Shown here in pieces: positions 1 to 11,738 of a DNA stretch of 64,000 bases. Origin of the DNA: Phaeosaccion multiseriatum (lineage: Eukaryota > Protista > Ochrophyta, other classes); the NCBI GenBank assembly GCA_965112735.1, contig OZ218952.1, positions 2,604,001 to 2,668,000 of the forward strand, read 5' to 3'. Numbering within the stretch: the first letter of the stretch is position 1; every line of letters begins with the position of its first letter. A model generated the notes under the pieces. That model did no database searches and was not told the DNA's origin. It was given only the letters and a program-made list of their open reading frames with translations. A program made the translations under genes and the position numbers.

Positions 1-147
1 ACCAATACAGCATACGCCCCACCGTAGAAAATGCTCTACATACACCCTGTACCCAAACATCCCTAAGTCATCCCTCTGCTATCCGTTGAAGCTGGCGGTA
101 CTACCACATGCTATACCAGCGCTGTACCACCACATGGCGTACCAGTA

Positions 148-585
148 CTACCATAAGTCAGAGGCGTCTCGTCCCCAGATGAGGCTGTACCCCGCGCTGG
201 TGAGGTGGTCGTGAACCTGATCCATATGGTCCTTGTCCACGGTCTCGATCACGCACTTGATCTGCACCTGGTCAACGTGGGTGTGCAGCCACGCGCGCTC
301 GTGATAGATGTCACGGATGGACGCCCCTGTTGAGTGTTGTTGTTGTTGTTGTTGTTGTTGTAGAGTACGAGGCAGGGAGAGGAGAGGGAGAGAAGAGAGA
401 GAAGAGCGAGAAGGCAGACACACAGAGAGAGAACGAAAGAGAGATGGAGAGTGAGAGAGAGAAGGAGAGGGATGGAGAGTGGAAGGGGTGAAAAGCAAGC
501 CTCAAACCGGAACGCGCGCAGGGTACAGATAGCAGACAAAAGAAAAGGTAGCGCAACAGCTCTCCTGCTCTCTGCGTTCTCCTCC

Positions 586-623
<38 letters not shown>

Positions 624-3600
624 TCCGCCTACCTCCTTCCCCCCCTCCCTCCCTCCACCCACCCCTCCACCCCTCGCACCTGCATCGTACAGCGCCTTGG
701 CCAGCTCCTTGATGCCCCCCGGCCTGTCGCTCACGTTGGTGGCGAAGCGCACAAGGCGGTGGTCAGCAGCAAGCCCCCTGTCCAACACGCGATGCAGCAC
801 GGGAATGTCAATGTTGCCGCCGCACAGAGGCACCACAATGTTCTTGCCCTTCATCTCGGGAATGTCCAGGGGAGCGCCTGAGGAGTGAGTGCACACATTA
901 GGAGGGTTGAGTTGGGTTTGTTTGTTTCTTTGGGGGTGTTTTCTACGTAGTCTAGTAAACACTTTCCAAGTATATTTGTGTATAGTCCATCGATCTCACG
1001 AGTGTGGCATTGCACCACCCAGGGCGACAAACCCGAGGAAAGCCACGAAAGACTCGCACGCACCGCCGAGACAGAAGAGACAAGAAACAAGAGAAGACGA
1101 TTATCACTCACTCCTACTCACTCCCTTGCTCTCTCTCTCTCACACACACACACTTTCCCTCTCTCTCTCCCCCCTCTCTCCTCTCCCTCTCCCTCTCTCT
1201 CTCCCTCTTCTCCCTCACTGACCTGGTAGCAGGGCCGCTAGACCGACAGCGCCTCCCCCCTCCACCATGACTCTCTCGTGCTCGATGAGGCGCAGCACGG
1301 ACAGGGCCACCTCCTTCTCGGACACCTGCAGGCAGGCAGAGCAGTTGGTGATACAGGGCAGGTGGTGGCAGTTGGTGAGACAGGGCAGGGCAGGGGTGGC
1401 GGTGGTGGTGGCTCACAGACGGGAAAAGAGAAGTAAGGGAAGCCAAACGAATGTTCGTGGTCTCTTTCCAGCAGCAAAACCTGAAGTGATCCCGCTTGCT
1501 CTGCCTCTGCCTTGCCACATGGTGAGTGACAACAGCTCCCCTCTCCACATCACCAAACATCTGACAACAGCTCTCTCTCTCTCGTTATCTCTCTCTTCCT
1601 CTCTCCCTCTCGCTCATGCTCTTTCTCTTCTCTCCTGTCTCCCTCCTGCCTCTTCCCTCCACCCCCTCTGCTCCCCTCCTTCCTCCTGCCCGCTCACTCA
1701 CCTGTACGACATCGTCAACGTAATGCCTCGCCACCTCAAAAGCCGTGGGCCCCACCTCGGGCACAGCAAGCCCATCGGCGAGGGTGGGGGTGGTCTCTGC
1801 GTGTATGGGTTTGCCTGCCTTAAGAGCTGCAGAGTAACTTGCGCAGAACTTTGGCTCCACTCCGATAACCTTGGAGGGGAGGAAGGGGGGGGGGGGTTAG
1901 GTGTGCAAGTGTGTGAGTTTTGTTCTCTTCTTCCTGTTCTACTCCTTGTCCCTCCTCTTCTCCTTGACATTCACTCATACACACACTCACTCTCTCACTT
2001 ACTTACTCACTCACAAACGCACTCCCTCCTTCCCTCCCTCCGTCCCTCCGTCACTCTCTCACTCCCTCGCTCACCTACTCACTCCCGCTCTCCCTCCCTC
2101 CCTCACTCACTCACTCACTCACTCACTCCGTCACTCACTCACTCACCCACTCTCACGCACGCACTCTCACGCACGCACTCACTCACTCACTCACTCACTC
2201 TCACGCACGCACTCACTCACTCCTTCCTCACTCCCTCTCTCCCTCCCTTACTCACTCACCTTGATGGAGGGGTCGAGTGACTTGACGGCGAGGGACACCC
2301 CCGCGATAAGGCCTGCTCCTCCGATGGGCACAACCACATAGTCCACCTTACAACACAGACAGATGGTAGCGGAGGGTAGCAAAACAGAAGGACGGCCAGG
2401 AAATGAACCCAAGTGTTGGGTTCCAAGTGTTGGGGGGGAGGGTGGAGAGTGGAGGTGTGGAAGGTGTGGAAAAGCCAAAGGTTCGTGTGTCGCACATACA
2501 GAAACGGGAAAGGAGCGGACAGGTTCTGTGTATTGACACTCACCCCCCCCCTCTCCCTCCCACTATCCACTCGCTCCACTCCCTTACTCCACTCCGGCCC
2601 TCCACTCACTCCACTCCGTCCCTGTATCCCCTCCCCCCACTCCCTCGCTCACCCCCTCCATGCCTCCACTCCCTCCCTCACCTTGGTGGTGCTCTTCTCA
2701 GCGATTTGCTCCAACATCTCAATGCCCATAGTGCCCGCCCCAGCGATGATCTCAGGATCATCATACCCATTGACATACTGCGACACGAGGGGGACCAGAA
2801 GAGGAACGGGGAGGAAGAGTAAAGTTAAGAAAGCAACAAACAAGGTACTCGAGGCGAGGCCTTGGTCACTCCTCGTCTTCAACAAGAAGAGTGCCATGGT
2901 CAGAGCCGCGCTTCCTCCGTACCCTTGTCGGGCCAATGGGCGAGGTAACTTCATCGTTGATGCGCCCACCTCATGTGGACCTGGTAGGAACCCTGGGTTG
3001 GATAATTCCAACACTCACTCCTCCTCCCCTCCTCCTCCCCCTCTACTCCTCCTACTCCGACTACTTCTCCCACTCCTTCTCTCTGCCAGTCACGCACTCA
3101 CCCGCATGCCCTCAAACTCGGGGTCGAGTAGAGCGTGGGCCTTTGCCTCTCCGATGTGTGCCCCGTGGATCACCACATTGGCACCGAACTTTCGGCACTT
3201 TAAGATCTGTAGAGTGAAGTGAAGCGAAACGAGGGGGGCAAGGGATAGGCAGTACGACGCCAGGGGGGTGAAGTCAGAGTCGCACGAACCAGCCAGAGAG
3301 AGAGAGAGAGAGAGAGGGGGAGCGGAGAGAAGCGTCAGAGTCGAATGAATCAGGCAGGGTGGTCGGGTTGAGGTACTGCTAGCAGTGGTGCGAGGTCAGA
3401 GGAGGATGCAGAGGTCCGGTAATTGCTAAGAAACGTGTTAAATCGATGTGACGTGTGAAAGTGTTGGTGCTGGTCATCCCCCTCTGCTCTTGGCTGAGAG
3501 GGAGGGAGGGCAACACTTTACTGAGCGTGAGGAGGGAGGGAGGGAGTGAGGAAGGGTGACACCTGGCCAAGAGTGTATTAGGGAGGAAGGGAGGGAGGGT

Positions 3601-4679
3601 GACACGCGGCTGAGGGTCAGGGAGAGAAGGCGAGTGATGCACCTTGGTTAAGGGGGCGATCTTGGGCATGATGACCGTGACCTTGATGCCCATTTTCGCC
3701 CCATGCCACGCCAGAGCCTGCGCGTGGTTTCCAGCGCTTGCTGCAATCACACCTCTGCTTGCCTCCTCAGGGGACAGCTGAAGAATGGGAGAAAGAGCAG
3801 CAGCAGCCAGACGCGCAGAAAGTAGAAGACCATTAGAGTTTTAGATGTGTGCCGCCCTCTCTCGGACAAAGATGGCGTTATACTTCCTCCTGGTTATGGT
3901 ACGTGGGTTACAGAGAGGTGGCAAGGAGGAGGGAGGCCAGCTTCCGCTCCACATATTATATATCATTGCCACTAACCGAAAGAAGGGCGTTGCGAGCCCC
4001 TCGTTCCTTGAAGGAGCCCGTGAACTGCCTGAACTCCTCCTTCAGCCAAATCTGTGAGCAGCAGGCAGCAGGCAGCAGGGTAGAGAGATTGGGGCGGGTG
4101 TAAGTGGATTTCTGGCATAGACTTGCGCTGCCTAATCCAGTGGAAGAAGGGAGGGAGGAAAGGGGTGTCTTCGGCAACTCCAGGTGTCAGTAGCAACAGA
4201 AGTAGCAGGAGGACAGCTGCATCTCCAGTGGGAGAGTGCTGCGCTACTGAAAACAATCGGCAGCGAGAACGCTTGCAGAAGTGACTTACATGGGCCTTGC
4301 ACCTCTCGGATAGGAAGTGGCTGTGTCGGCAGGAGGTGCGAATGATGCCTTCGCGGATGCGATACATGGCTCTTGATACGTCTCCAAAATTAACGGGCAG
4401 CGGCTTGTCCGACTGGTGCAGGGGCTCCGCCTTTGATTCTCCCTCGCTTGCGGTCGGGGCCTCTGTTTTGCCTTCCGAGAAGGGGGGCAGAGGCATGGTG
4501 CGGGGAAAGACAGGCCGGGGAGATGCGCTGAAGCTACGCGTCGAGAACGATGGAGCCGTCCAGCTCCCGTTGTTGTTGCTGCTGCTTCCTCTTTCGGTGG
4601 TAGATGCGCTCCCTGCCGCGGTGACCCTGCCGCGGCGCACGCCCCCAAGCACCCCTCGGCGCATCGAGGTAACGATCAT
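148..4679 (-). CDS. ilvA: Threonine dehydratase / threonine ammonia-lyase (PLP fold II) with C-terminal ACT domain; 10 exons, probable organellar presequence
   Basis: Exons read in frame across GT-AG junctions: 4679-4290, 4051-3977, 3777-3643, 3206-3102, 2777-2682, 2346-2260, 1869-1702, 1325-1223, 877-680, 326-148. Motifs QFTGSFKERGA (PLP Lys), ASAGNHAQ, PIGGAGL, TLADGLAV, CGGNID and ACT-like DRPGG. N-terminus is Arg/Ser-rich. Confidence 0.93.
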
Positions 4680-4954
4680 GGTGTACGAAGAAAAAATAAG
4701 GGTTGCTTCCCCCTTTCTCACAAAGTACAGACACTTAAGTCGTTCGCAGCGTGCGGTAGCGAAAGAAGCCGCTGATCGAGCAGAGAAGGACGAAAACAGA
4801 GCGAAAAAAATTATGCCTTCTTGCTGCTACGTGTGTGTTTACAAAATACAAATTGCCCGTCGTGGTCATTGACATAATTTGTCCAAGCTATCAGATGGCA
4901 CCAGACGGGAGGATCCCTGTCGACCAAATAAAAAAAAGGGTGGTGCAAACCGCC

Positions 4955-7729
4955 ATGCTACGGTCGCTTTCGTGCGGCGCCAAAGCGGCAGGAAGGTTGA
5001 AGCGAATACTGGGTCCGCGGTCCCTCGTGACGGCAGCAGGGGGAGAGCATAACACGAGGAGGAGGCGGAGGAGGGCGCCCTCCTTCTCGGCTGCGTTGGC
5101 CCCTGGGTTGGCCCCCATAGCCTCGCGCCGATGCCTATCAAGTGCAGCAGCGCCAGCAGTAGAAGATGCAGCAGCGCTGCCTCGGAATGGGGCGGGGCAG
5201 CAGCAGCCCAGAGAGGGGGGAGACGCTCGTGGGGAGGACATTGATCCGTGGGTTGCGCTGCAAAGCCGACTGAGCAAAAGGGGCAGCAACCCCGAGGGCG
5301 TCTTCATGCGACAGCAGATGGGGGAGGTGTGGATTGAGCATGTATTTTCCACTGAAAGCTCCCACAGGGGTGTGGTCCCCTTTCTGCGCTGGCTGAAGGA
5401 CGGCAATATCAAAGCGGACACGTCGGTGTACAGCGCACTCCTCATGTGCACGGAGGACAAGGCGACTTTGGGGTTGGTGGCATCAGAGCTTGTCAAACAC
5501 GGCGAGCCCAAGGATTTGAATCAAACGGTTTTAAACCTCATATTCGATGCTCACGCGGCCGGGGCTGCCAAGATCAAGGAGGAACTCACTCCGGACGAGC
5601 TCAAGCAGCACCGCCAGCAGCGGGAGCTCCAGTTCAGGAAGGTCCAGTCGCAAGGACGCCCCGACGAGAGTATACCGCTCTCGATCCACGAGGCAAAGGC
5701 CATTGTTGGCGATGTGAATTTCAACGCAGACTTTCGGATGGCCCTGTGTGTTCGCACACTCACCCTCCTGGGCAGGCGCGACGAGTGGGGCCAGGCAGAA
5801 GAGTTGCTCGCAAAGCACCCTGTGATTGCCAACATCTTGGCGGGACGTCTCCAGAGCTCGGTCATGAAGATGAAGACACAGGCGTGGAAATGGAACTCGG
5901 TTCTTCACACACTTCACGCGGCCATTAAGGTGTATATCCAGGTGGACCGCTTGGACGACGCCCTGAAGGTCTTTCATGCCATGGGAGACCGGGCCAACGC
6001 GAAGTGTTATGACGACATCATGCGTGGCTGTTTGGACGCCGGCCGTCCAGCCGACGGGTTGCGCCTCTTTAAGAATCTGCGCGAGGGACACACGCGAGGC
6101 AATGGCCCGAGGCAGCCTAAGATGTTGACGGTAGGCAAGTACATGACCGGGTGGCCGTCGGGTAGCAACTACAGCACCGCGTTGGGCATCTGTGAAGCGC
6201 TTGATGACCGCACGTACGCGGAGGAGCTTTTGGAGGACCTGAAATGCCTGCATAGAGAGTTGGCGGGTGGAGAAGGAGGAGGAGGAGGAGGAGGAGGAGG
6301 TGCTGCTGCTACTGCTGCTGCCCGTGGAGAGGGGCAAGTACGACGTATACCGACCCTGGACCTCCAACAGCGCCATCTGCACGCGAAAACGATGAACGCA
6401 GAATTACACGGAATTCCTTTGAAGAGGAGCTACGTGGCTTGTATTCGAATAGCTGCAAAGACTGGGCACTGGGAGCATGGCCTCACTTTGCTGGCGAAGA
6501 TGCTGGAACAGGGTCTTCAACCAGAGCCGCATAAAGACGTCTACGGCGCGGTGGTTGGCGCCATGCTTAAGGCCGGCAAGGTAGACAAGGCCGCGGATTT
6601 TCTTGATGTGCTGCGGGAGACTCGTTGCGCCACACTTGACCACCCCCATCACGTCTTTCTACAGTCTTGTCTAGAGTATATGCAGTGCGACGCCGTTTTG
6701 GACATGTGCACGACCATGAAAGAGGCGGGGCTTCCGGACGACTCAATGATGGCACACGCAGGTATGGCGGCGCACAATATGGCGGGGCGGTTTGCAGAGG
6801 CGCTGCAGATTTATGAAAAGAGGGCGCACGATGAAAGGCATTTCAGCGAGCTGACGTGCGACGCCATTATCGCCCTGAGCGGGCTTTATCCCAACGAGAC
6901 GAAGGAGATTGAAAGGTTGACTGACAGCGTCAAGAGCAGGGCGCTAACCGAGGAGGGCAAGAACCTACGCATGGACGAAGCGTGCTACTGTGCCGCAATT
7001 GGGGCCTTTGCGAGAGCTGGTGACAGAGCCAAGACCCTCGCGGCCTTTGAGGAGCTCAAGCAGCAAGAGGACGTCGAGGTCACAGCCCTGACGTACCACA
7101 CAATGATCGACGCCCTCGAGCAGCTAAAGCTAAACAAGATGGAGAATGGGGACACACCAACAAGAGAGGGACAGGCGCAGGAGGTCGGCGGGGGTGACGA
7201 GGGCGGGGCGGGAGGCGAAGGAGAGCTCGCTGCTGCTCCTGCTGCACGCGCGTCTGGCGGTGGCGGTGAAGATGACGAAGTGAGTCTGATCTATCAAGAG
7301 GGGCTGAGCGCCGGAGCCCTGAAGCCGTGGGCGCAGCACCCCACAGTGATGGGGCTGAAGGACTTTTCCCTGGCCTCGAGTGTGGCTGCCGTTCGTGACG
7401 CCTTCACGAGAGATGAGCAGGTCAAGGAGAGGCGGGGCCAGGTTGTGATTCATATTGGTGACCACAAGCCCTGGCCACACCAGCAGGTCGGGCTAGCCCC
7501 ACCCTGGTCAAGGGGGGAGGGGGGCGAGGAGGGCGAAAGTGCGTATATCCTCGCTCTCCGAGAGGCTATCCTGGATGTTCTGTGTGAGCTCGACCTCACC
7601 GCACAGCACAGAGGCAGCAAACTCATCGTCTCTTTCAAGGAGGCAGGGCGGCTAAGGATGCGGCCTGACCAGCACCAGCAGCACCAGCAGCAGCGGCAGC
7701 AACAGCGGCAGCAACAGCAGCAACAGTAG
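4955..7729 (+). CDS. Single-exon pentatricopeptide-repeat (PPR) protein with a degenerate SMR-like C-terminus, probably mitochondrial
   Basis: Long ORF with PPR-like units (YDDIMRGCLDAGRPADGLRLFKNL; YVACIRIAAKTGHWEHGLTLLAKMLEQGLQP; YCAAIGAFARAGDRAKTLAAFEEL). The ATG at 4955 gives a basic presequence MLRSLSCGAKAAGRLKR; an alternative ATG lies at 4895. Confidence 0.8.
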   Translation: MLRSLSCGAKAAGRLKRILGPRSLVTAAGGEHNTRRRRRRAPSFSAALAPGLAPIASRRCLSSAAAPAVEDAAALPRNGAGQQQPREGGDARGEDIDPWVALQSRLSKRGSNPEGVFMRQQMGEVWIEHVFSTESSHRGVVPFLRWLKDGNIKADTSVYSALLMCTEDKATLGLVASELVKHGEPKDLNQTVLNLIFDAHAAGAAKIKEELTPDELKQHRQQRELQFRKVQSQGRPDESIPLSIHEAKAIVGDVNFNADFRMALCVRTLTLLGRRDEWGQAEELLAKHPVIANILAGRLQSSVMKMKTQAWKWNSVLHTLHAAIKVYIQVDRLDDALKVFHAMGDRANAKCYDDIMRGCLDAGRPADGLRLFKNLREGHTRGNGPRQPKMLTVGKYMTGWPSGSNYSTALGICEALDDRTYAEELLEDLKCLHRELAGGEGGGGGGGGGAAATAAARGEGQVRRIPTLDLQQRHLHAKTMNAELHGIPLKRSYVACIRIAAKTGHWEHGLTLLAKMLEQGLQPEPHKDVYGAVVGAMLKAGKVDKAADFLDVLRETRCATLDHPHHVFLQSCLEYMQCDAVLDMCTTMKEAGLPDDSMMAHAGMAAHNMAGRFAEALQIYEKRAHDERHFSELTCDAIIALSGLYPNETKEIERLTDSVKSRALTEEGKNLRMDEACYCAAIGAFARAGDRAKTLAAFEELKQQEDVEVTALTYHTMIDALEQLKLNKMENGDTPTREGQAQEVGGGDEGGAGGEGELAAAPAARASGGGGEDDEVSLIYQEGLSAGALKPWAQHPTVMGLKDFSLASSVAAVRDAFTRDEQVKERRGQVVIHIGDHKPWPHQQVGLAPPWSRGEGGEEGESAYILALREAILDVLCELDLTAQHRGSKLIVSFKEAGRLRMRPDQHQQHQQQRQQQRQQQQQQ

Positions 7730-8642
7730 CAGCAGCAGCAACAGCAACAGCGGTGGTAGCGATGATAAAACAATGTCAAGTCGAAAGGGGGGGGGGGGTA
7801 CCTGTATTTCTTTTTGTCTTTCATCTCCCCCCCTCACGCCATTGATAAAATGAAAACCTCGTCCACCTCCCTCTCCCCTGTTTCATCTTCTCTCTATTGT
7901 GCAGCGTTTGAGGAGCGGCGCTCTGGCATCACAGTTCAACCTATCTTCCCGCCCAAAATGACGCCCGTCCAGTCCTGCCTCACTCAGAGTCCCGGCTGGG
8001 CAGGGAGGGGAGGCGCAAGCACCCCCCTACGTACAGGATGTGTGTCAAGGGTCCGAGTGCTCCTGTATGTACGTGCGACAAGGGAGGGGCATTGACGAGG
8101 CCGCGAGAGACTGCATTCCTCAGACTCAAAAGGGGCACCAGGACTGGCCGTCTGCTTGCTGCTGCTTTCCTTCCTTGCTAAGGCCGCCAACGCCAACCAC
8201 GGCCTTGGTGCTCTCTTTGTGTGCGTGGGGGGGAGACGTCTCCTACCCGTGGTCATTTAGCTGCAGGACTGACTGACTGCCTTGCTGCTGCTGATGCCTG
8301 AGAGCTTCCCGCGCAGAGCGGCACTGCTCTCTTTCTTTGCCACGGGGTTGGACTTGCAGAGGTAGAGCTTTCATCTGAGGGCAAAATCAAAGCCCTTCTG
8401 TTCTGAGGGTCGACTGGTGTCATGGTGGGCTCTACCGTCAAAACGCCATCGCTAGAGAGCGCTCGCGACATGGTCCTCCTCCTCCTCCTCCTGCTGCTGC
8501 TGCTGCTGCTGCTGCCGACTGCCGCTGCTGCTCCTGCCCATGTGACTGACTGTGACTGCTGCTGCTGCTGCTATTGCGCGCCCTCTCCTCTCGCCCTCCT
8601 CCTGTTTTTCTGTTGTCCCTTTCGCCCACCAGTGGCACCTCG

Positions 8643-9326
8643 TCAAATGGCCTTGGTCATGTGCCGATGCTCGATGCTGACTTCAGTGAAAGGCTCCCCA
8701 TGCGCAACATAGCCCATCGACTCGTAGAACGGCAGGGCTACTGCTCTGGCATGAAGGGTCACTTCACGAATCATCCTTCCCCCCCCCCCTCTGCTGCTGG
8801 ACTTTTGCCCCTCTTCGGTGGCTGTAGCTGTCCAGGTTTGAAGGTGCTTCTCGAGAAAGCTCACCAGCCCTCTTCCAACGCCCAACCTTCGATACTCGTC
8901 ATGGACACACATTTGGAAGAGCTTGCCTGACTTCGAGGGAGCATCAACACTCCCCGCTGCAGGTTCAGGGTCTGGGTAGAACAGAACACATCCGATTACT
9001 CGACAAGGCGGTGATGGTACTGCCGTAGCAGCTGAGTTGGGCACCGCTGCTGAGGGGAGAAGGGCCAACACGTGTACGGAGTCCCCCTCGCAGGATGAAT
9101 ATTCGGAGCCTGACAAGAAGAGAAGACAGAAGAAGAGGATCACAAGAGTTAAAGGATGAAGAAGAGGAGAGGACGAGCTCCAAAAACCTTCCTCACCTTT
9201 CTCCACGAACTCTCCACCCAGTGGTGCCCTGAGACATCTGTGACGGAGTTCTCTCTCCTGCGTATAGAGCTCCTCGTCCGATAGATCGAGCAAGCGATAC
9301 TCGACTGAATGGGTGATGTCCTTCAT
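8643..9326 (-). CDS. GNAT-family N-acetyltransferase (ElaA/YjcF-like); one intron, 9196-9110
   Basis: Motif A QMCVHDEYRRLGVGRGLV, then LHARAVALPFYESMGY and GEPFTEVSIEHRHM. Alternative start at 9362. Confidence 0.88.
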   Translation of the reverse strand: MKDITHSVEYRLLDLSDEELYTQERELRHRCLRAPLGGEFVEKGEEGFWSSSSPLLHPLTLVILFFCLLFLSGSEYSSCEGDSVHVLALLPSAAVPNSAATAVPSPPCRVIGCVLFYPDPEPAAGSVDAPSKSGKLFQMCVHDEYRRLGVGRGLVSFLEKHLQTWTATATEEGQKSSSRGGGGRMIREVTLHARAVALPFYESMGYVAHGEPFTEVSIEHRHMTKAI

Positions 9327-9633
9327 CGCATTGTTTGTGTAAGGTGGTATAAACGGACTCATTTGTTACCTGTCCTCATCCTCCCTTTCGAGAGAAGCAA
9401 GTGAACAAAAACAAAAAGGCGGAGGCGTGATTCGTGATTCTGGCGGCCGCTCGAGTTCGTGATTCTGTGCACCGCTACCTACTACAGCGTGATGGGGGGG
9501 GGGCAGAAATAAGGCAATGAATGAGGTCGTTCCTTATAAGTCAGGGAAATCTTTCCACTTCTCGGCGCCCTTGAGGTGAGTGGTAACCATGAGGGAGAGG
9601 GATGTGTAGGAGCCCTCCCTCGTTCTCCTATGC

Positions 9634-11605
9634 TTACTCGTCTGCTGCTGCGCGCACAATGGTCTTCGCGCATCGGAAGCCCTGATTGGACGTGGCGCTC
9701 TCGAGATCGGTCTTGGTGCGGGCCGCCACTCGGTAGCGGTAGCAGTAGCTCTCGTGGCAGAGGAAGGAGCCCCCTTTCTTGGTCTTCTCGGTGCCCCGCC
9801 TCGGACCCCGTGGGTTTTTCTGGTTGTGAATGATGTAGAAAAGTAAGCAAGAGCAGCAGAAAGAGAGGTAGGGATTGGGGGAAGGGGAGAAGGGAAGGAG
9901 CTCATTCACTGAATATGCGCGGGTACCATGACACCCTCCATTCCCTCAATTCCCCCCTTCTATGAAATTGCTTTGCTTGTCCCCTCACTCACCCGTTGGC
10001 TGTAGCCCTTGGCATTCCGGTCCGCCGTCCACCAGTCGCTCACCCACTCCCACACATTCCCCACCATATTGTACAAGCCGTGTTCGTTCTGAGGCCCGTA
10101 GGCATCCACCGGGCACGTAAAGGCGAATCCGTCCTCGCCTGTGTTGACAGCCGGGAACTGGCCCTTTGCGGTGAGCAGAGAGAAGGAAGCAAGGGAAGCG
10201 ACGTGAGGAGGAGAAGCTGGAGTGGAGCGAACAAAGAGGGCCCAGCAAAAAGATGCCGTCCGTCTCCTGCTGATGGCCACTGACGGCCTTCATTTTTGGG
10301 GAGCACATTTGCACTGCTTTTACAACCCACCACCGGCCGTGCCCCCCTCCCCTGGACTTTATTCGAACCAATCACACACTTTTATACGGCCATCGTGCGC
10401 CCTTCCCCTGCCTCCCTCCCTCCCCACCCCGCTGTACCAAGCCAATACTGGGCAACTCTCTAGTTACAGACCTGCCAGATGTTGGCGCGGTGCTCCCCGC
10501 CCGGCTGGAGCACGTTTCCCCAGGGAAAGAGGCGCCCTGCGGTCTCTCCAGCCGCTGCAAATTCCCACTCTGCCTCTGTCGGCAGACGGGCCCCTCTCCA
10601 TTTGCAGAAGGCGTCGGCGTCATGCCACGAGATCTGTTGCCGCGGGGGAGAGATAGGGGAGGGAAGAACATTGCATTGGTTCCCGACTGGACGGGTGAGG
10701 AGAAGATTGTTGGCAAAAACGATTGCGCAGACAGACGCACAGAGCAGCAGTGGCCATTCACCTCCTTCCGGCACTTCCCTTCCCGACGAAGAGCACATAC
10801 ACGCGCTCGCAGCCTTCACTTCCACCACAAGACTTGCACATCTTACATGGGTCGCGGGGTGCTTCTCCCTTCCGTCCGCAAAGACGTCACTCTGCGGTCC
10901 TTCGGGATGCCTCCAGTAGGACCCTTCCACAGGGAGCCACCAAGGGGCACCAGCCACTTCTATCTCGATGGCATCAAGCTGATCCTGGTGTTGTTGTTCA
11001 TAGACCAAAAAAGATTCGTCAGAGAAGGGGCACACGCTCCCTGCACCTTGCCTAAAATCGCATGCTTTCCTCCATTTACGTACCTCTGAGAGCATCAGGT
11101 GGAAGACGAACGACCACCCGTACTTTTCGCTGTCTGTCGAGTGGCCCGTCTCTTCTGCAAATGTCCTGAAATCTGAATTCGACACGGCAAACCGGTCCAG
11201 AGCGAATGGACTTACAGTGACCTGGAGAACAGGACCTTCCCCATCCGACGGAATCAAAGGCTTGTCTGTGCCCAGATCAAACTTGCCACCTTGGAGTACT
11301 ACCATGGACGCACCACTCGCGTCCTCCTCAACGGTTGCTGCATCACCAGCATCGCATTCTCCTACCCCGCTACGAAGTGCACCTTTGCCTATTGAAATCG
11401 AGGATCGACTCCCCAGTTCGCCGGAGCAGCCGCAAGATTCTGCACCACCCGTCGCAGACTGGATCTCGCCTTCTCCCTCTACTTTTGTTCTGCCACTGCT
11501 GCCTCCTTCTCCTCGCCGCTCATCCTCCTTACAATCTACTGACGTGTGCACAAGAAGGCAGAGCACCAAGAGAAGAAGGAGAAGGATGGGACACATAGGG
11601 ATCAT
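9634..11605 (-). CDS. SUMF1: Formylglycine-generating enzyme (sulfatase-modifying factor 1); 5 exons
   Basis: Signal peptide, [29 protein letters not shown], catalytic [19 protein letters not shown] and terminal NQGFRCA. Confidence 0.93.
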
Positions 11606-11738
11606 GCTGGAGTCCACATTGGCCCACACCAAGCGAAGATTGAAAGGTTGGAGAAAAGAGATTGAAGGTCAGGAAATCTGTGAATCTGACCGCATAACCA
11701 ACTCCTCCTCCCCGCTGAGCGCTGATCTTTGATCTGGG

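Noticed and set aside
1267-3222. Long plus-strand ORFs (337 aa, 269 aa)
   Set aside because: Antisense to threonine dehydratase and composed of microsatellite translations.
7850-8640. Coding-like low-complexity fragments downstream of GNAT
   Set aside because: No recognisable motif or consistent frame; may be UTR or a relic.
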